DNA from: Ramazzottius varieornatus
Lineage: Eukaryota > Animalia > Tardigrada
Direction of reading: 5' to 3'
NCBI GenBank assembly: GCA_001949185.1
Contig: BDGG01000002.1
Coordinates: 3,469,826 to 3,533,825, forward strand
DNA length: 64,000 nt
A program made the position numbers and the translations under genes. Positions within the stretch are counted from its first letter, which is position 1. Every line of letters begins with the position of its first letter. The notes beneath the pieces were generated by a model. That model saw only the letters and a program-made list of their open reading frames with translations, made no database searches and was not told the DNA's origin. Positions 14,298-26,489 of this stretch are shown piece by piece.

Positions 14298-15343
14298 ATG
14301 CGGTCCTTCGTTCTTTTGGCCACTCTGATGGTCTGTGCCGCAGCCCAACGGCAGCAGTATGTATGGGACTTACTGAAACCATCGTTGGACGCGAGTCAAG
14401 TTACGGACCTTCTGCTCAATGCCCAACCCGGTGTATCGTACCCCAACTACGATACCATTCCACAGACAAACTTCCAGTGCCCGCAACAGCCAGGGTTCTA
14501 CGCGGACGTCAATGCCCAATGCCAGGTCTTCCATCGGTGCGTACATCCTTTTGTTCTCTTTCGTCAAGTTGCTCCGTCCTCCATCTCGATCCTACTGCAG
14601 GTGTGACATCAACGGCAATCAAACGTCCTACCTGTGCGTAAGCAGCACCGTTTTCAACCAGGCAAGTTTTGCGAATGTTCCATCAGTGTACATTATACAA
14701 CAATTTAGCATAACGAATATGACTGCGCAACTGAGCTTGGGGGGCGCTTTCTAGATCACTTTGGTATGCGATTACTTCTGGAATGTTGACTGTCAAAGGT
14801 AAGTCTCAAAAAACTGAAGCTCTCGCCGGAAGCTGCTCCTTCCTTTCGGGAACTCTGTCACCCGATCGGAATTTGGAAAGTACTGCATATGGTAATTCTT
14901 AACCTTCTCGGTTACAGCTCGCAGCAGTATGCCAACTTTGCCAACTCGCGTCTTTACACCGACCAGCAATTGTTCGGTAAGTTCTTTCAGTCCTTTCTTT
15001 TGACTAACATTTTTCTGTTCGATTATTCTGCTTCTTTACAACAGATACCCCTCCGGCCGACTATGTGGCACCCAGTCAATTACTGGCCCAGCAACAACAA
15101 GAACAACTAAACGGGCAAGCTACGCAAAGCCAGAATCAAATTACTCAGCAGCAAGTCAATGTCCAGCCCCAAAGGAGCCAGCCCCAAAGAACCCAGGTAT
15201 CGAGCCAGAACCAACGAGTCACTGCTAGGAGGACCAACGTTCAAAGTACTCAAACTCAGCCGACAACCACACAACGAGCCGCTCCCCAGAGGAACCAGCA
15301 AAACTTCCGCAGACTGGGTCGTGTCGTGAATCAGTCCGGTTAA
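14298..15343 (+). CDS. Secreted chitin-binding (CBM14/peritrophin-A) protein with Gln-rich low-complexity tail
   Basis: Signal peptide MRSFVLLATLMVCAAA. YPNYDTIPQTNFQC..PGFYADVNAQCQVFHR|CDINGNQTSYLCVSSTVFNQ|ITLVCDYFWNVDC gives the six-Cys CBM14 spacing. The final exon is Q/T/S-rich. Confidence 0.88.
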
Positions 15344-15642
15344 GGAAAAGATATAAGCAAGACTGTACCAGACCACAAAGAACCGTCCAAATTCATATTA
15401 GCAAGAAGCGAAGAAATTTCAACGCGGATACTGATTCCTCTTACTGGCCGAGTTTTAGTCGAATGAAATCTTGTAGTCTGTAGTCTGCAATCCTCTGATT
15501 CCTTTCCCACATGTCAGAAGTCCAACAGAAGGTTGCCAAGGTCTTGCTTAGGTTAGAAAAGTGCAAAACAGCTCGCTTGGTTTTGAAAATTTCCATTGAC
15601 GTATTTTCGACCAGTTCACATTGAATTAGAATAAGTGGAGAG

Positions 15643-17263
15643 ATGGCGGTAGATTACTATAAGGTTCTTGGTGCGGGTCCGAAAGATCCACCAACAGTAA
15701 TCCACGAATGTTATCGCGCACTGGCTCTCTCTCTGCATCCACGAAAGCAACACGCGAAGCCAGATTTGGCCAAGGCGCGCTTCCTGCAGGTGGCGGAAGC
15801 CTACGACGTCTTACGCGATCGCTCACTTCGGGAATTGTACGACCAGCTTGGTATCCCTCCTGCTTGCTCTTTGAACCCAACAAGTGATCAAGTTCTCTAA
15901 TCTGCAGGACATGATGGATTGACCAGCAAGTTCAACGCAATCCCCAACTACCCTTATGGATATCGATATCATGGCGACCCGATGCGGACGTATGAGGAAA
16001 ATTTCGGCACAACTAGCCCATATGCAAATGTAAGAAGGCTTAGCGGGGAACCAAAGAGAAACAACTTTCATCGCAACACCTTACAGCTGCAGCCTTTTTG
16101 CTGCCAAGTTGTTATTACCGTTTAGAATGCATTTACATGAGGGATGATGACATTTCTCTACCAGTTTTTCCTATAATAATTTCTGTTACATATGTATCCA
16201 CAGGTTTACTATCCAAGGGACGCGGGCAATGAATACAGTCTTCTCGACGACATCTTTCGAGCGCGACCGAAAGCCACCTTACCTCAGAACTTCATGGAGG
16301 TGGAAGTGACGCTGGAAGAGCTCTTCCATGGAAATATCCGGGAGATCGAGTTTACGCGTTTGGTATTGGACGAAGAGACGAATGCCGTAACCGAACAACG
16401 AGTGATAAAAGAAATCCACGTTCTACCGGGCTGGGGTTCCAACACGCAGATCGTCTTTGAGAAGGAAGGCAATCAAGCCAAGGACAAAATACCTAGTGAT
16501 ATCGTGGTCCAGATTATCGAAGCTCCTCACGACAGATTCGTCCGCGAAGGAAGCGACCTACGGATGAAAATAGAGATAAGCGGATCGCAAATTTGAAATA
16601 ATAGTTTTGCAATTCAGCAGTGTCTAGAATATGCATCGAAAACTGACGGATGGGTGCGGGATTTTTTCGATGAAAATCTAGTGATCGTCATCAGATCGTT
16701 CGCAAATAACTAAAAAAATACCGTCTCAACATTTCGAACTGATATCGGGACTTTCGACTCTTACTTTTTTTCAGTACCATTTTGAAGTTACTACATTGAA
16801 GTTTGAACAGGTGGACTTACTTGTGGCCTTGTGTGGGGGTGACATAACCGTGACCAGCATCGACGATATTCCCATCCGCATTGAAGAGACCAACGTCATC
16901 AAACCCGGAAGTAGCCGCATGATCCCCAGTTTCGGCATGCCGCTTCCCGAAGACAATACAGCCCGCGGAAATCTCTATCTGGACTACGACGTCATCTTCC
17001 CGCAAGACATGGACCTCGCCAGACGCGAAATGGTAGCTAGTGCCTTGAAGTATCGCCAACACCGCCCAACGATCCCCACCACGTTGATCGGCGTCACCGG
17101 CTTCAACCTGGAAAAGGATCTGAGCGCTTTAATGTTAGCAAAAGAGCCTCCAGCACCAGTTCCACCGCCGGAAGAGCCTGTTAAGCCCAAGATGTCTCTG
17201 GATGTCCCCAAGAATTTGTTCATTACTGAATCGATCAATTTACAACTGTTGGAATCTGAATAG
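15643..17263 (+). CDS. DNAJB13: Class B J-protein, DNAJB13 (radial spoke RSPH16)-like
   Basis: J domain MAVDYYKVL...LHPRK...AEAYDVL; YRYHGDPMRTYEENFG motif; C-terminal domains VTLEELFHG, VLPGW..NTQIVFEKEGNQ, PHDRFVREGSDL, ALCG, GMPLPED..RGNLYL.YDV.FP. Confidence 0.8.
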
Positions 17264-20200
17264 TGAATTTGAAGATGGAAAGTAGAATGGACTGTCTTGT
17301 GCGCTGTGAGCTTGGGTATTCTACCTGTGAGACAGGCGACCGATAATTCATCCTGGTTGGAAATTAAGATGTTGTAGACTGCTGACAGTTATGGCCACTA
17401 ATTGCTAGTCGGATGGACACGGCCAAAAGAACCTCGCTGTTCCCATCAGGTGCAGCCAGAACATTCTGGCATTCATATACATATCCCTTCCGTCAAAATA
17501 ATCGATGTCCATTCAGAGGAAATCTGTTGTTATTAAGATATTTCGTAGCGAAATTGTCCGCTTCGCTTCTCTCTTTTGCTCATCCCGAAGACACAGTGGA
17601 CAACGCGGAAATGAGATGCACTGCAGAATGGCTTCAACTCACAGTTTTCTGTCACCTGTGATACTCAGGGTTGGACGAAACCGATTTTAGATCTTTCTGT
17701 TTTACTTTTATGGAGATGACAAGTACAAGACGCCTAATTCGGCGTATCAAACACGGGCTATACGGTCGCTCGAGCTGGACCTACTGTTCTACAATAGAAT
17801 TGCCATCGCTAAACTTTGTTTGGCGCAGATGCGCAGGAACCCTGGACCTGTTGGAGATTACCATTTGGCAGCTGTCAAGATATACCGTGCCACCTGTTTT
17901 TGCTTTCTATCAACATCAATGGGGGAGACTTACGACAAATGATTGTGCATCTAAGTAGTTCAGAAACTGGTAAGAAATTCCGAGCAAGCAATGTTCAAGA
18001 CGGTCAAAATAACCGTGGAAATGTGTCGACATTGGGATTAATGCACATGAGTTTCGACTACAAGCGTAAAGAACCTTTTACAAAGTACGCAATACTACTG
18101 TATAGGAACTTAGAAACCGTCCCCCTCCTTACGAAAATGCGAATCGAGGTTATAGGTTTTCCATGGAGCTTTTCCTTCGAAGTTGTACGGATAACCTGGT
18201 AATGCAGGATGACATATATCGCTTAAGGGGATCCTATTTTTAGCGACCTCAGTGCCGGTATGACAGAAGAGTAAAGAACCGCAACGCGAACCTGTCAGGT
18301 AATATTTTTAGTATGAAGCGTAATATCTAATTTGGTTCAAACTAACGACCCATAAAGCAAGACCGTAGCATCGTTAAAACCAACGAGCACTAATTTTTTG
18401 GCTGCGCCATGCCACGGCGTGATGTCATATTCATATTGTCACACTTAATTTCATGCTCAATAAATAAATTTCATTTATGTCTGTATGACCAGTCGAATTC
18501 TTCAAAATATTATCGCTCAGTCACTGATTAAGTTTCTTGATTGTGAGCTGAATTTGGTCACGGAAAGGAATGGTCTGAATAGTCCATAAAAAGTGTTTGC
18601 CAGAATTGCGATTACAAAAGCCAGTTGACCTCGTGCTGTTTTGGCATCCTCAGATAGTCAACGTCGACGGAGGTGGTCGGCTTCTCCAATCTATCTATAA
18701 TATAATGTAATGTCGTGGAGGATGCAAACATGCCGACAAACATTTTACGACCTCTGAGCAAAGTGGCTATGGGAGACTGCCGAAATTAACTTCGTTGTAC
18801 ACCACGCCCGCAGCGAACATAAAACTTCCGCAGTGAAAGGTCTTCTGCCTTTTCACATGTGTGATTCATGTAGATATCTTCTGTCTTTCCAACAGACAAT
18901 TCTGCTGAAGTCGATGTCAATCAACAACATGGTTTTGATTAGCCAAAGGATATGTAATAACAAAGTCTTTATTGCACCGCCGACATCCGAACGAATTCCT
19001 TGGCCAGGCCTAGTCAAACTGAAAATCTGAAGGCTGGTAATTTTGAAATGAAGTAGCGCACGCTTCCAGCCAATAACAACGATAACTGCGCCATTTGAGT
19101 TGGCGATCATCTCATGACTGTCTGCCGGCCCTTCATTTTGTTCTGAAAGGCGTTACATAACTTGACATATCTGGTACTGTAGGCAAGGATTCTTCCGTTT
19201 CTGTCTTCAGAAGGTCGCAATCTCTGACGTCACCTCATAGTGCTGGTATGCGCTGTATGGTGACATAAGGAGCCCTGTTTCTACATGCCTGCACGTATGA
19301 CTCAGTGGAGGAGGGGCGACCAATCCCGAAAAAGACACGCATTTTTATGCTACATTTTCCCGCTGCCCGAATTCTCGCCACAGTTCAAGAACTCTACACA
19401 AAATGCGAAATGGTGCAAACTGAAACTCTGGCAGAGCACGATAGGTGGTTTAAGAAACTCTGCGAGAATTCCTGCGAAAAAACGCGTCAAAAGTTTTGAC
19501 GCAGACGGCGCCCCATAGAGCAGGAAGTAGGATTCGTGCAGTTTGACCGCAGCGAAGCATAAAGTTTGCAAGGAACCTTCCCACGCTTCGACGCAAGGCT
19601 GGCTCGGTAAATTTACAGTGGTGGTGTACGTGGTGATTGCGGCTGTAGTTCAGTTGGAAAGGGCGGGTAAACAGAGGCTGACACCCGCGTGTGTGCAGCT
19701 GTGCGTGGAATAAGTTATGAAGGACAACATGTACATGAGGAAGGAAAGGTCACTGGAAAGACAAACGCCTCAGTGCGATACGGGCAGCGGCGGCGGCTTG
19801 TGATCAGACCGGTTTTATGGAGGAAAATGAGTAAAGAAGAACAAAGATGGCAGTCAGAAGAAAGACCAGCCGAGCTGGCCCATAAACATATCGGCAATTT
19901 CTAACATGGCGTGATAAGAGGTAATTCCGCTGATAGGCCATGTATGAAGAAGAGCCATAATTCATCCGCCGCCTGACACACTAATTTCTACTCTCGCACA
20001 AAACCTATTTGAACCGTCCACCGTACCGTTCGTGCTACGCAACACCGGGACGAAGAATAAGCTCAAAATCGGGATCAAATTCAACGAAACAATCATTTGC
20101 TTTTATCCTGTCTCTTTTTTGACGGAATCCTCAGTGTTCGAGGCCGGATCTTTTTGCAACTTTTCTCAGGCCGTAACTTTGCTCAGATCGTCGCGAGCCA

Positions 20201-21188
20201 CTCGCAGGCACTTTAGGCTTGTAACGTACACTTGACTTACAGTATATGAGCAAAGCTGAAAACTGTGAGCAAAGTTAGAACCAGTTCCGCGTTCCTAAAA
20301 AAACTTCTGGGTTGCCATCGCTCGAAAATTCGTCCCGGCGAAAACACGATTCAGACAAAAGAAATTTCTTGGCTCAGACAACTGGCTGAATGTTGCTTTC
20401 CTGGACGGGATGCGCCTTTGAATGATGTAAAAAGTTCGACCTTCGCTTGAATTCCTTGAATATGGTTTACCGATGAAGAAATCTAACTTTCTAGTTTTTC
20501 TATCCCGTAGCCATGGCTCAGAGTTTGCTTATAGAGCAATTCTCCAGACTTGAACAAACAAAATCACCTCTTCCGCGATTAAGCAGATGCTGAAGGACAG
20601 TAGAAATGCCGTGTTGGGGAAGGGATGCGACCAATCGCATTTTGCCGCTCGCGGGCGTTGATTCCCAGCCCGTACATGCCCATTTCCCTTCTCGCTTTCT
20701 CGGAATGCCTCTGTTCACGCTATGACATCGACAACGATATGTAACAGCAGCGACCACGTCGTATTTGGGGATGAGATCGCTGTGTGGTCCAATCCAGTCC
20801 CGTGCCGAGACCCAATCGACAACGATACAGCGGCTGCCCCAGGTTTTGTGTCTCAAACACGAAAACGATAGACTAGTAATTGTGCACTTCTGCCGGCCAT
20901 AGCTGTATGTTTACATTGCCAGGCTAGAACTTACGGGCCGCACAAGGCGTCTAGGTCGTACGTCAAACACTGAAGTTGCACCTTCCTCACTCGATCATCG
21001 CACTGCAGCCACGTTCACGGTTTTTCAAGGCCTGCGCAGTCGTCGTCATCAAAGGCATTCTACTTTTACTTCTCAAAATTTTATTACGAATATCACTTGC
21101 TTTTTATTCCTGTCATAACCTGACATCTTGCATTTTTTATAACGCGCCCAATTAGCCAACGACAGGCTTGTCGAATGAGCACAAGGTT

Positions 21189-22746
21189 ATGTCGGATCCA
21201 AGAATGACGCTTGGTGCTCCTAATTTCCCCTTATCCCATCATCATCCCTTTGCTAATCACACTGTGGCCTCCTCTCATCACAACATGACCCATGGACAGG
21301 AAGCAGGAGCTCTTTCGTCGGCCTTCAGTGCAACCACCCATGCCTGGCCGTATTCCGGGTACCCGACAGTGTCCAGTCACGGGTCTTCCATCAATACAGC
21401 TTCCGCCATGGACCCCTTTTCAGGTTACGGATTGACGGGCAATGCCTACATCGACGACAGGAACCGTCAGTACCTGGCGGCCAGTTCTACAGGAATGGGC
21501 AGCACCTGCGGAACGTTTGGAGGGGACCCGTTCAGAGAATATCGCATGGCCGCAGCGGCAGGGGGAGTTGGGACCACCAACGCCTTCTTCCCGTCTTCTG
21601 TTGGTGAGCAAAGCTGTGGAAACTTTCATCCTGTATTCAACAGTCTAGAAATGAAATATTTTTCATATTGAAAGATTTTGTTCTTGTTCTTCTGCGAAAA
21701 CTTACTGAAGCCAGTTGTAAGAAACCTCAGAGAAAAATGGCCTGTTCCGCTGTAACGATGGATTCTCTACGGCATTTTGCTAAATTCTGGTTTGATCTTC
21801 GGAAAGTTTACAGATGGAGTTGTTATTGTTGGTTGAAAAAGGTAGGAAAGATAAAGGACGAGCCATAATGTTCAATTGATCGTAAAGAGTGTGGACGATG
21901 TCGTTGAACAGTGGCTAATTAGAGGCTTGGGTAACGGTTAATGACCACTAAAACTGCTCGTCAGCGGCATCCAAACATATCGCCATATTGTTCTTGCCTA
22001 AAGTTACGACCATCTTTAGTGCCTCGTTTTGAATTAGAAAGATTTGTCACAGGTGGATTTATGTCGATCGAAAAAAAGTTTTACCGTCTTCGGCTGCGGC
22101 CGCTTGACTTGCATCCCGATTCCGCTTGCGCACCTCACTATGTAACACACTCGACCTCGAATCTTTCCCGTTTGATTCTGATGTTGTTGTTTGTGTTTCC
22201 AGATAGCTTCAGTACAGCTCTGGACTGGACAAGTCAGATGAGCATGCGAAAGAAGCGTAAACCTTACACCAAATATCAGAATCTCGAGTTGGAAAAGGAA
22301 TATCTGTACAGCCAGTACATCACCAAGCAGAAGCGCTGGGAACTTTCGAAGTCGCTGAATCTCACCGAAAGACAGGTCAAAATATGGTGAGCAAAACGCT
22401 ACTCAGTTGATGTTCTGAAGAGTTCTGATCAGTTTACGAGTTTCGCCCATGGTAAGAACGTGGGCAGATCGTTCCTCAAGTGGCGCAGACTGCCACCCGA
22501 AGACAAGAGAAACGTGCGCCACCTGAGACATCGATCTGATTCAGCTCGTTTGCCCACGTCACGAATATTCTAATGATCCTTTGAAATTGTCGTTGCAGGT
22601 TTCAGAATCGTCGGATGAAGCAGAAGAAGACGGACCGTCGAATCTCCCATGCCATGCATAAGTCCGGCTCGGGGACCTCATCTCACAGTCGATCTGGCTC
22701 CTCACAGTCGGCTGGTACCAATGTTGCCAAGAGCGAGTATCACTAA
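21189..22746 (+). CDS. Abd-B: Abdominal-B class Hox gene, paralog A; exons 21189-21603, 22203-22386, 22599-22746
   Basis: [56 protein letters not shown]|[10 protein letters not shown]. The Trp upstream of RKKRKPY and KQKRWEL are diagnostic of Abd-B. Confidence 0.95.
22458..22559. repeat. Palindromic repeat family copy inside the homeobox-splitting intron of Abd-B paralog A
   Basis: ACGTGGGCAGATCGTTCCTCAAGTGGCGCA ... TGCGCCACCTGAGACATCGATCTG...TTTGCCCACGT. Confidence 0.8.
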
Positions 22747-23729
22747 CAACCATACCAATTTACCGCTGCCTGTGTGCTGAAACAGACTCGTTGTGAAGAG
22801 AATTTGCTGTCGGATCTGTTTTACCGCCGCTGGTTATATCTGCGTTTTTCTATTGGACTACATCTAGCGCTACAGCGGACGGTAGAGAACGTGTTTCTGA
22901 TGCCAAATTAGAGTGTATTTTGTTCTCATGTGTTTGACGACCCTATTAATCTTTTGTCTTGTTCTGAATGCCTTACCACGTTCCTCATTGTCACAACAAG
23001 CATGAAATACATTAGCTTTAGTTCAGTTTCATGTGAAAACAGCAGAATTGTTTGACCTGTATCTTATAGATCTGTTTGGTTCGTCTTTCCTCAATAAAAA
23101 GCTTGAATTCATTGTCAATAGTTCTGAAAACAAGTAGAAGAAAGCGACAGCTATCGCGAACGGTAAATGGAGTGCCTCAATTCAGACTGGTCTAATACTA
23201 GATTTAAGCGCAACGGGGCCAAAGTCCATAAGTCGACGGAAGTTTCCAACTTAGAAGTTTTTTGTATTCAGAGTTTTGGGTAGCTCGAGGAACACGAACG
23301 AAATGAACTCCGAATGGCGGATGCAGAATTATCAGCATACTTTCCTTCTTGCAAGTTGATTATCGATATTCAATAGGCAAAAGTGCTTGTCAGAGACTCG
23401 AGATAATTATGAGGCACTGCCAAACTCAGCAACGTGTACACGGCAGGAAATATCGATAATGGTCTGTGCAGAATAACTCTATGAACAACAAAGTGGCTAT
23501 GTCTGGGCCCAAAGTGAAATAAGTTAGAAGCTCAAAAACCGGATGCATCAAGCGGGTATAGCTGTGAGGTGAGACGTGGAAGCTAGCAGGTTATAGTTCA
23601 CGGTGCGCGGCGGAGCATTTCAATTTCTCGACTGCACGCGCTGTGACTTTCTAATACGGTGCTACTGCGGAGGCTCTTTCAGCACAACCGAGGGCAGGTA
23701 GGTAGATGCGTGGCTTCGTGACCAGACGT

Positions 23730-26489
23730 CTAAGTGGCAGTTGCTTCCGCCTTGTGGGCTTGGGAGTGCGAGGAACTAGGAGTAGCGGCGTTCTGGGATG
23801 AACTGGAGACAGCGGCCGGCTTGGGGTTCGCCGCACGAAGTGTGTGCTTCTTTTGTTTCATCCGTCTGTTTTGGAACCTGAAATGCATCGAACAGTTCTC
23901 CTTCATTCAAGTCAACGCCCTTGTACTTGGAGGTCATAAGTTGAACGGTTGATTGAGCTTACCAGATTTTCACCTGGCGTTCTGTCAAGTTCAGGTTGCG
24001 AGCCAGCTCCCATCGTTTCTGTTTGGTGATGTAGGAACTCATGTAGTACTCCTTTTCCAGCTCCATTGTTTGATATTTGGAATATGGCTTGCGCTTTTTG
24101 CGCATGGTGACCTGGGTCGTCCAGTCCAGTGAAACGAAGCTGTCTGTAAAAAGAACTAACTATTCAGTGAGCAAGAACCCAACTTCAACAAGAAAATTAT
24201 ACTCTTCTCGCAAGACAACAGATTCTACATCGGGACTTTCATTTAGATTCTATTCATTTTTTATTTGGTCGGAATCTTGTTTGTGAAGCAATTGTTTTAC
24301 ATTTCCAGTTGTTTCTCGACCGATTGAGTTAATGGGGAAAGCACGTAAAGTTGTGATAGGCACAGTGGCAAGCATGTTTGTCCTTGCCGTGTTCGCGTCT
24401 TTGGACATAAAATAAAGTTGACAGAGGCGAGATTTATGTCCCATTGAAGAAGTGGAGATTACAGCCACTTGCAAAGGTAGATAATACTTCGGCATCGTCT
24501 GTCCGCGGCAGTGAAGATTTATCTCGACGCTTATCAGTATTGCCTGCACCGTACATAGTACACACTGCACAATCTTCCCCCAGCTCCCGGCAAAGTTCAA
24601 AAGTGTCCTCTTTTACGATCAAATATTATTACGGCCTCGATTTACACTTGGAACTATTTATCAAGAAAACATTTGTCACACGGGTTCTACTGTTTTTCTG
24701 AAATCAGTGTCTAGTTCTCATACGGAAATGACGGACAATTGAGCGTAAGAAATACTTACTTACAGTGTGGCTACCCTTACCCACTCGCTTGCCATTTTTC
24801 TACGGTTACGATCAGAATTGTCTCAGACCAAGGTTTTCATGCAACATAAATTTTTGATGAAAGGAGGATCTCTAATTGCGGAAAGTTCTGATGTGGTCTG
24901 GGACCTTCGACTCAGCTAGTGTGGTTCTCTATTTTGTCTTATTGATCGTATGGGTGACAGACTCGGGGTTAATCCAGGCAATAAAAGCACAAGCGGCCTC
25001 CGTGACGAATGTGTTTCGTTTAACGATGATATGCGGCCAAAACGTGATGTTTTTTGGGACAAAGTCGTAATATCAGTTTTACGGGCTGCTGTTAAAAAGG
25101 AAATATAACAAGGCTTCTTGGTTGATCGCGGAGGTCAGTACTTGTCCGAGACTTCCTTGTACAGTACAGTACGTGAGGTGAGCGGCTTCGAAGCCGGGGT
25201 GAACCTTCATGAAGTGATGGATTTACGAGTATACTTCGAGCACGTACTCTGTATTGACGATTGTTCAATTGTTGACACCTGCTTTCTAAGAAGCTCGGCT
25301 CGTACCGCGCGGTCATTATGGCCTGCCGCGGTATTTTTATGGTGCTTTTATGGGCATTGTGCGGACTGCTAAGAACCTTATTTTACCCCTGTATTGGACC
25401 TTTTGTACATCTAATTAACAGCTGGGTGTTAATTTCTTCAATGAAGCAGTTAGTGCTATCCTAATAGGCCAAACACGAAGGTCAGTCGACTCATTACGGC
25501 TGTTTACGTGGCGGCGGCCTTTCTACTTTGATTGCTCAATCAAACGACTGGGCAAACAACCGGGCGATATGCCTGTTATGCTCAACAAGGTATTTCTCAA
25601 TTCAGGCCCATAAAATCAGTGAAACTACAGAAACCAATTTTTGTCAGGCTTTTGAAAACCTATCTCCAGATCTGCTGAATAACTGCGTCCAGACTAATTC
25701 AAAAAATGCATACCGAGGTTCAACAGACGGAATGTATAAGCAGGCAGTTGACTAGAACCAGATCGTTTCCCAAGTCGCGCAATATCCAGTCAAATGAGTC
25801 AGTGAAATAAGCATGCGGTTCAGTTCAATTGCCCAAGTTCGAAATTTTGAAATGTTGGGACCAAATCAGAGCGTTTCGAACTGGGTTTCAAAAACCTGAA
25901 CTTGGCTCGTCTTCGATTTTTCGAAGTGGAGGCATGCAGAAGGTCAACTTTGAAACCTCGCCAGACACCTGCGTTCCGTGAAACTGGACATAGTTCTGGC
26001 TTGACGTGGTTAATGCCGTCACTGACGGTCATTATCGTATGTTCGAAATCAAATAATACCTGTTGGTGAGGGGTAGAAAGCGTTGGATGCTCCGGCAGAC
26101 AACACAGCCGAATTAGCCATGGCCTGGTGGAAATCACGGAGTGGATCGGCGAAAGCGCCACAGGCATTGTTTAAACCAGTCGCGGCTGCATTGGCGTTGG
26201 CGAAATGTCGGCTCCGTTCATCCATGTAGGCATTTCCGGCGGACAGGTGATGATAGCCCGAAAAGGCTTCGATGGGCGAGCCACTGGGCATCGAAGAGCT
26301 GGCCGAAGTGGCGTATCCCGTCGTGTAAGGCCAAGTGTGCCCTCCACCCCCGAAAGCCGACGACAAGGCCGCGGCTTCGGCCATAGCCCCATGGTTGATT
26401 GAATGATGGGCGGCGGCGTGATGGCTGAAAGGATGGTGTGGCAGCGCAAAGTTCGCTGCCGCTCCTAATGTCATCCTTGAGTCCGACAT
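23730..26489 (-). CDS. Abd-B: Abdominal-B class Hox gene, paralog B; exons 26489-26060, 24143-23963, 23877-23730
   Basis: Exon 2 translates [61 protein letters not shown]. Exon 3 reads [10 protein letters not shown]...ATAT*. Exon 1 [10 protein letters not shown] is homologous to paralog A. This homeobox is absent from the ORF track. Confidence 0.95.
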
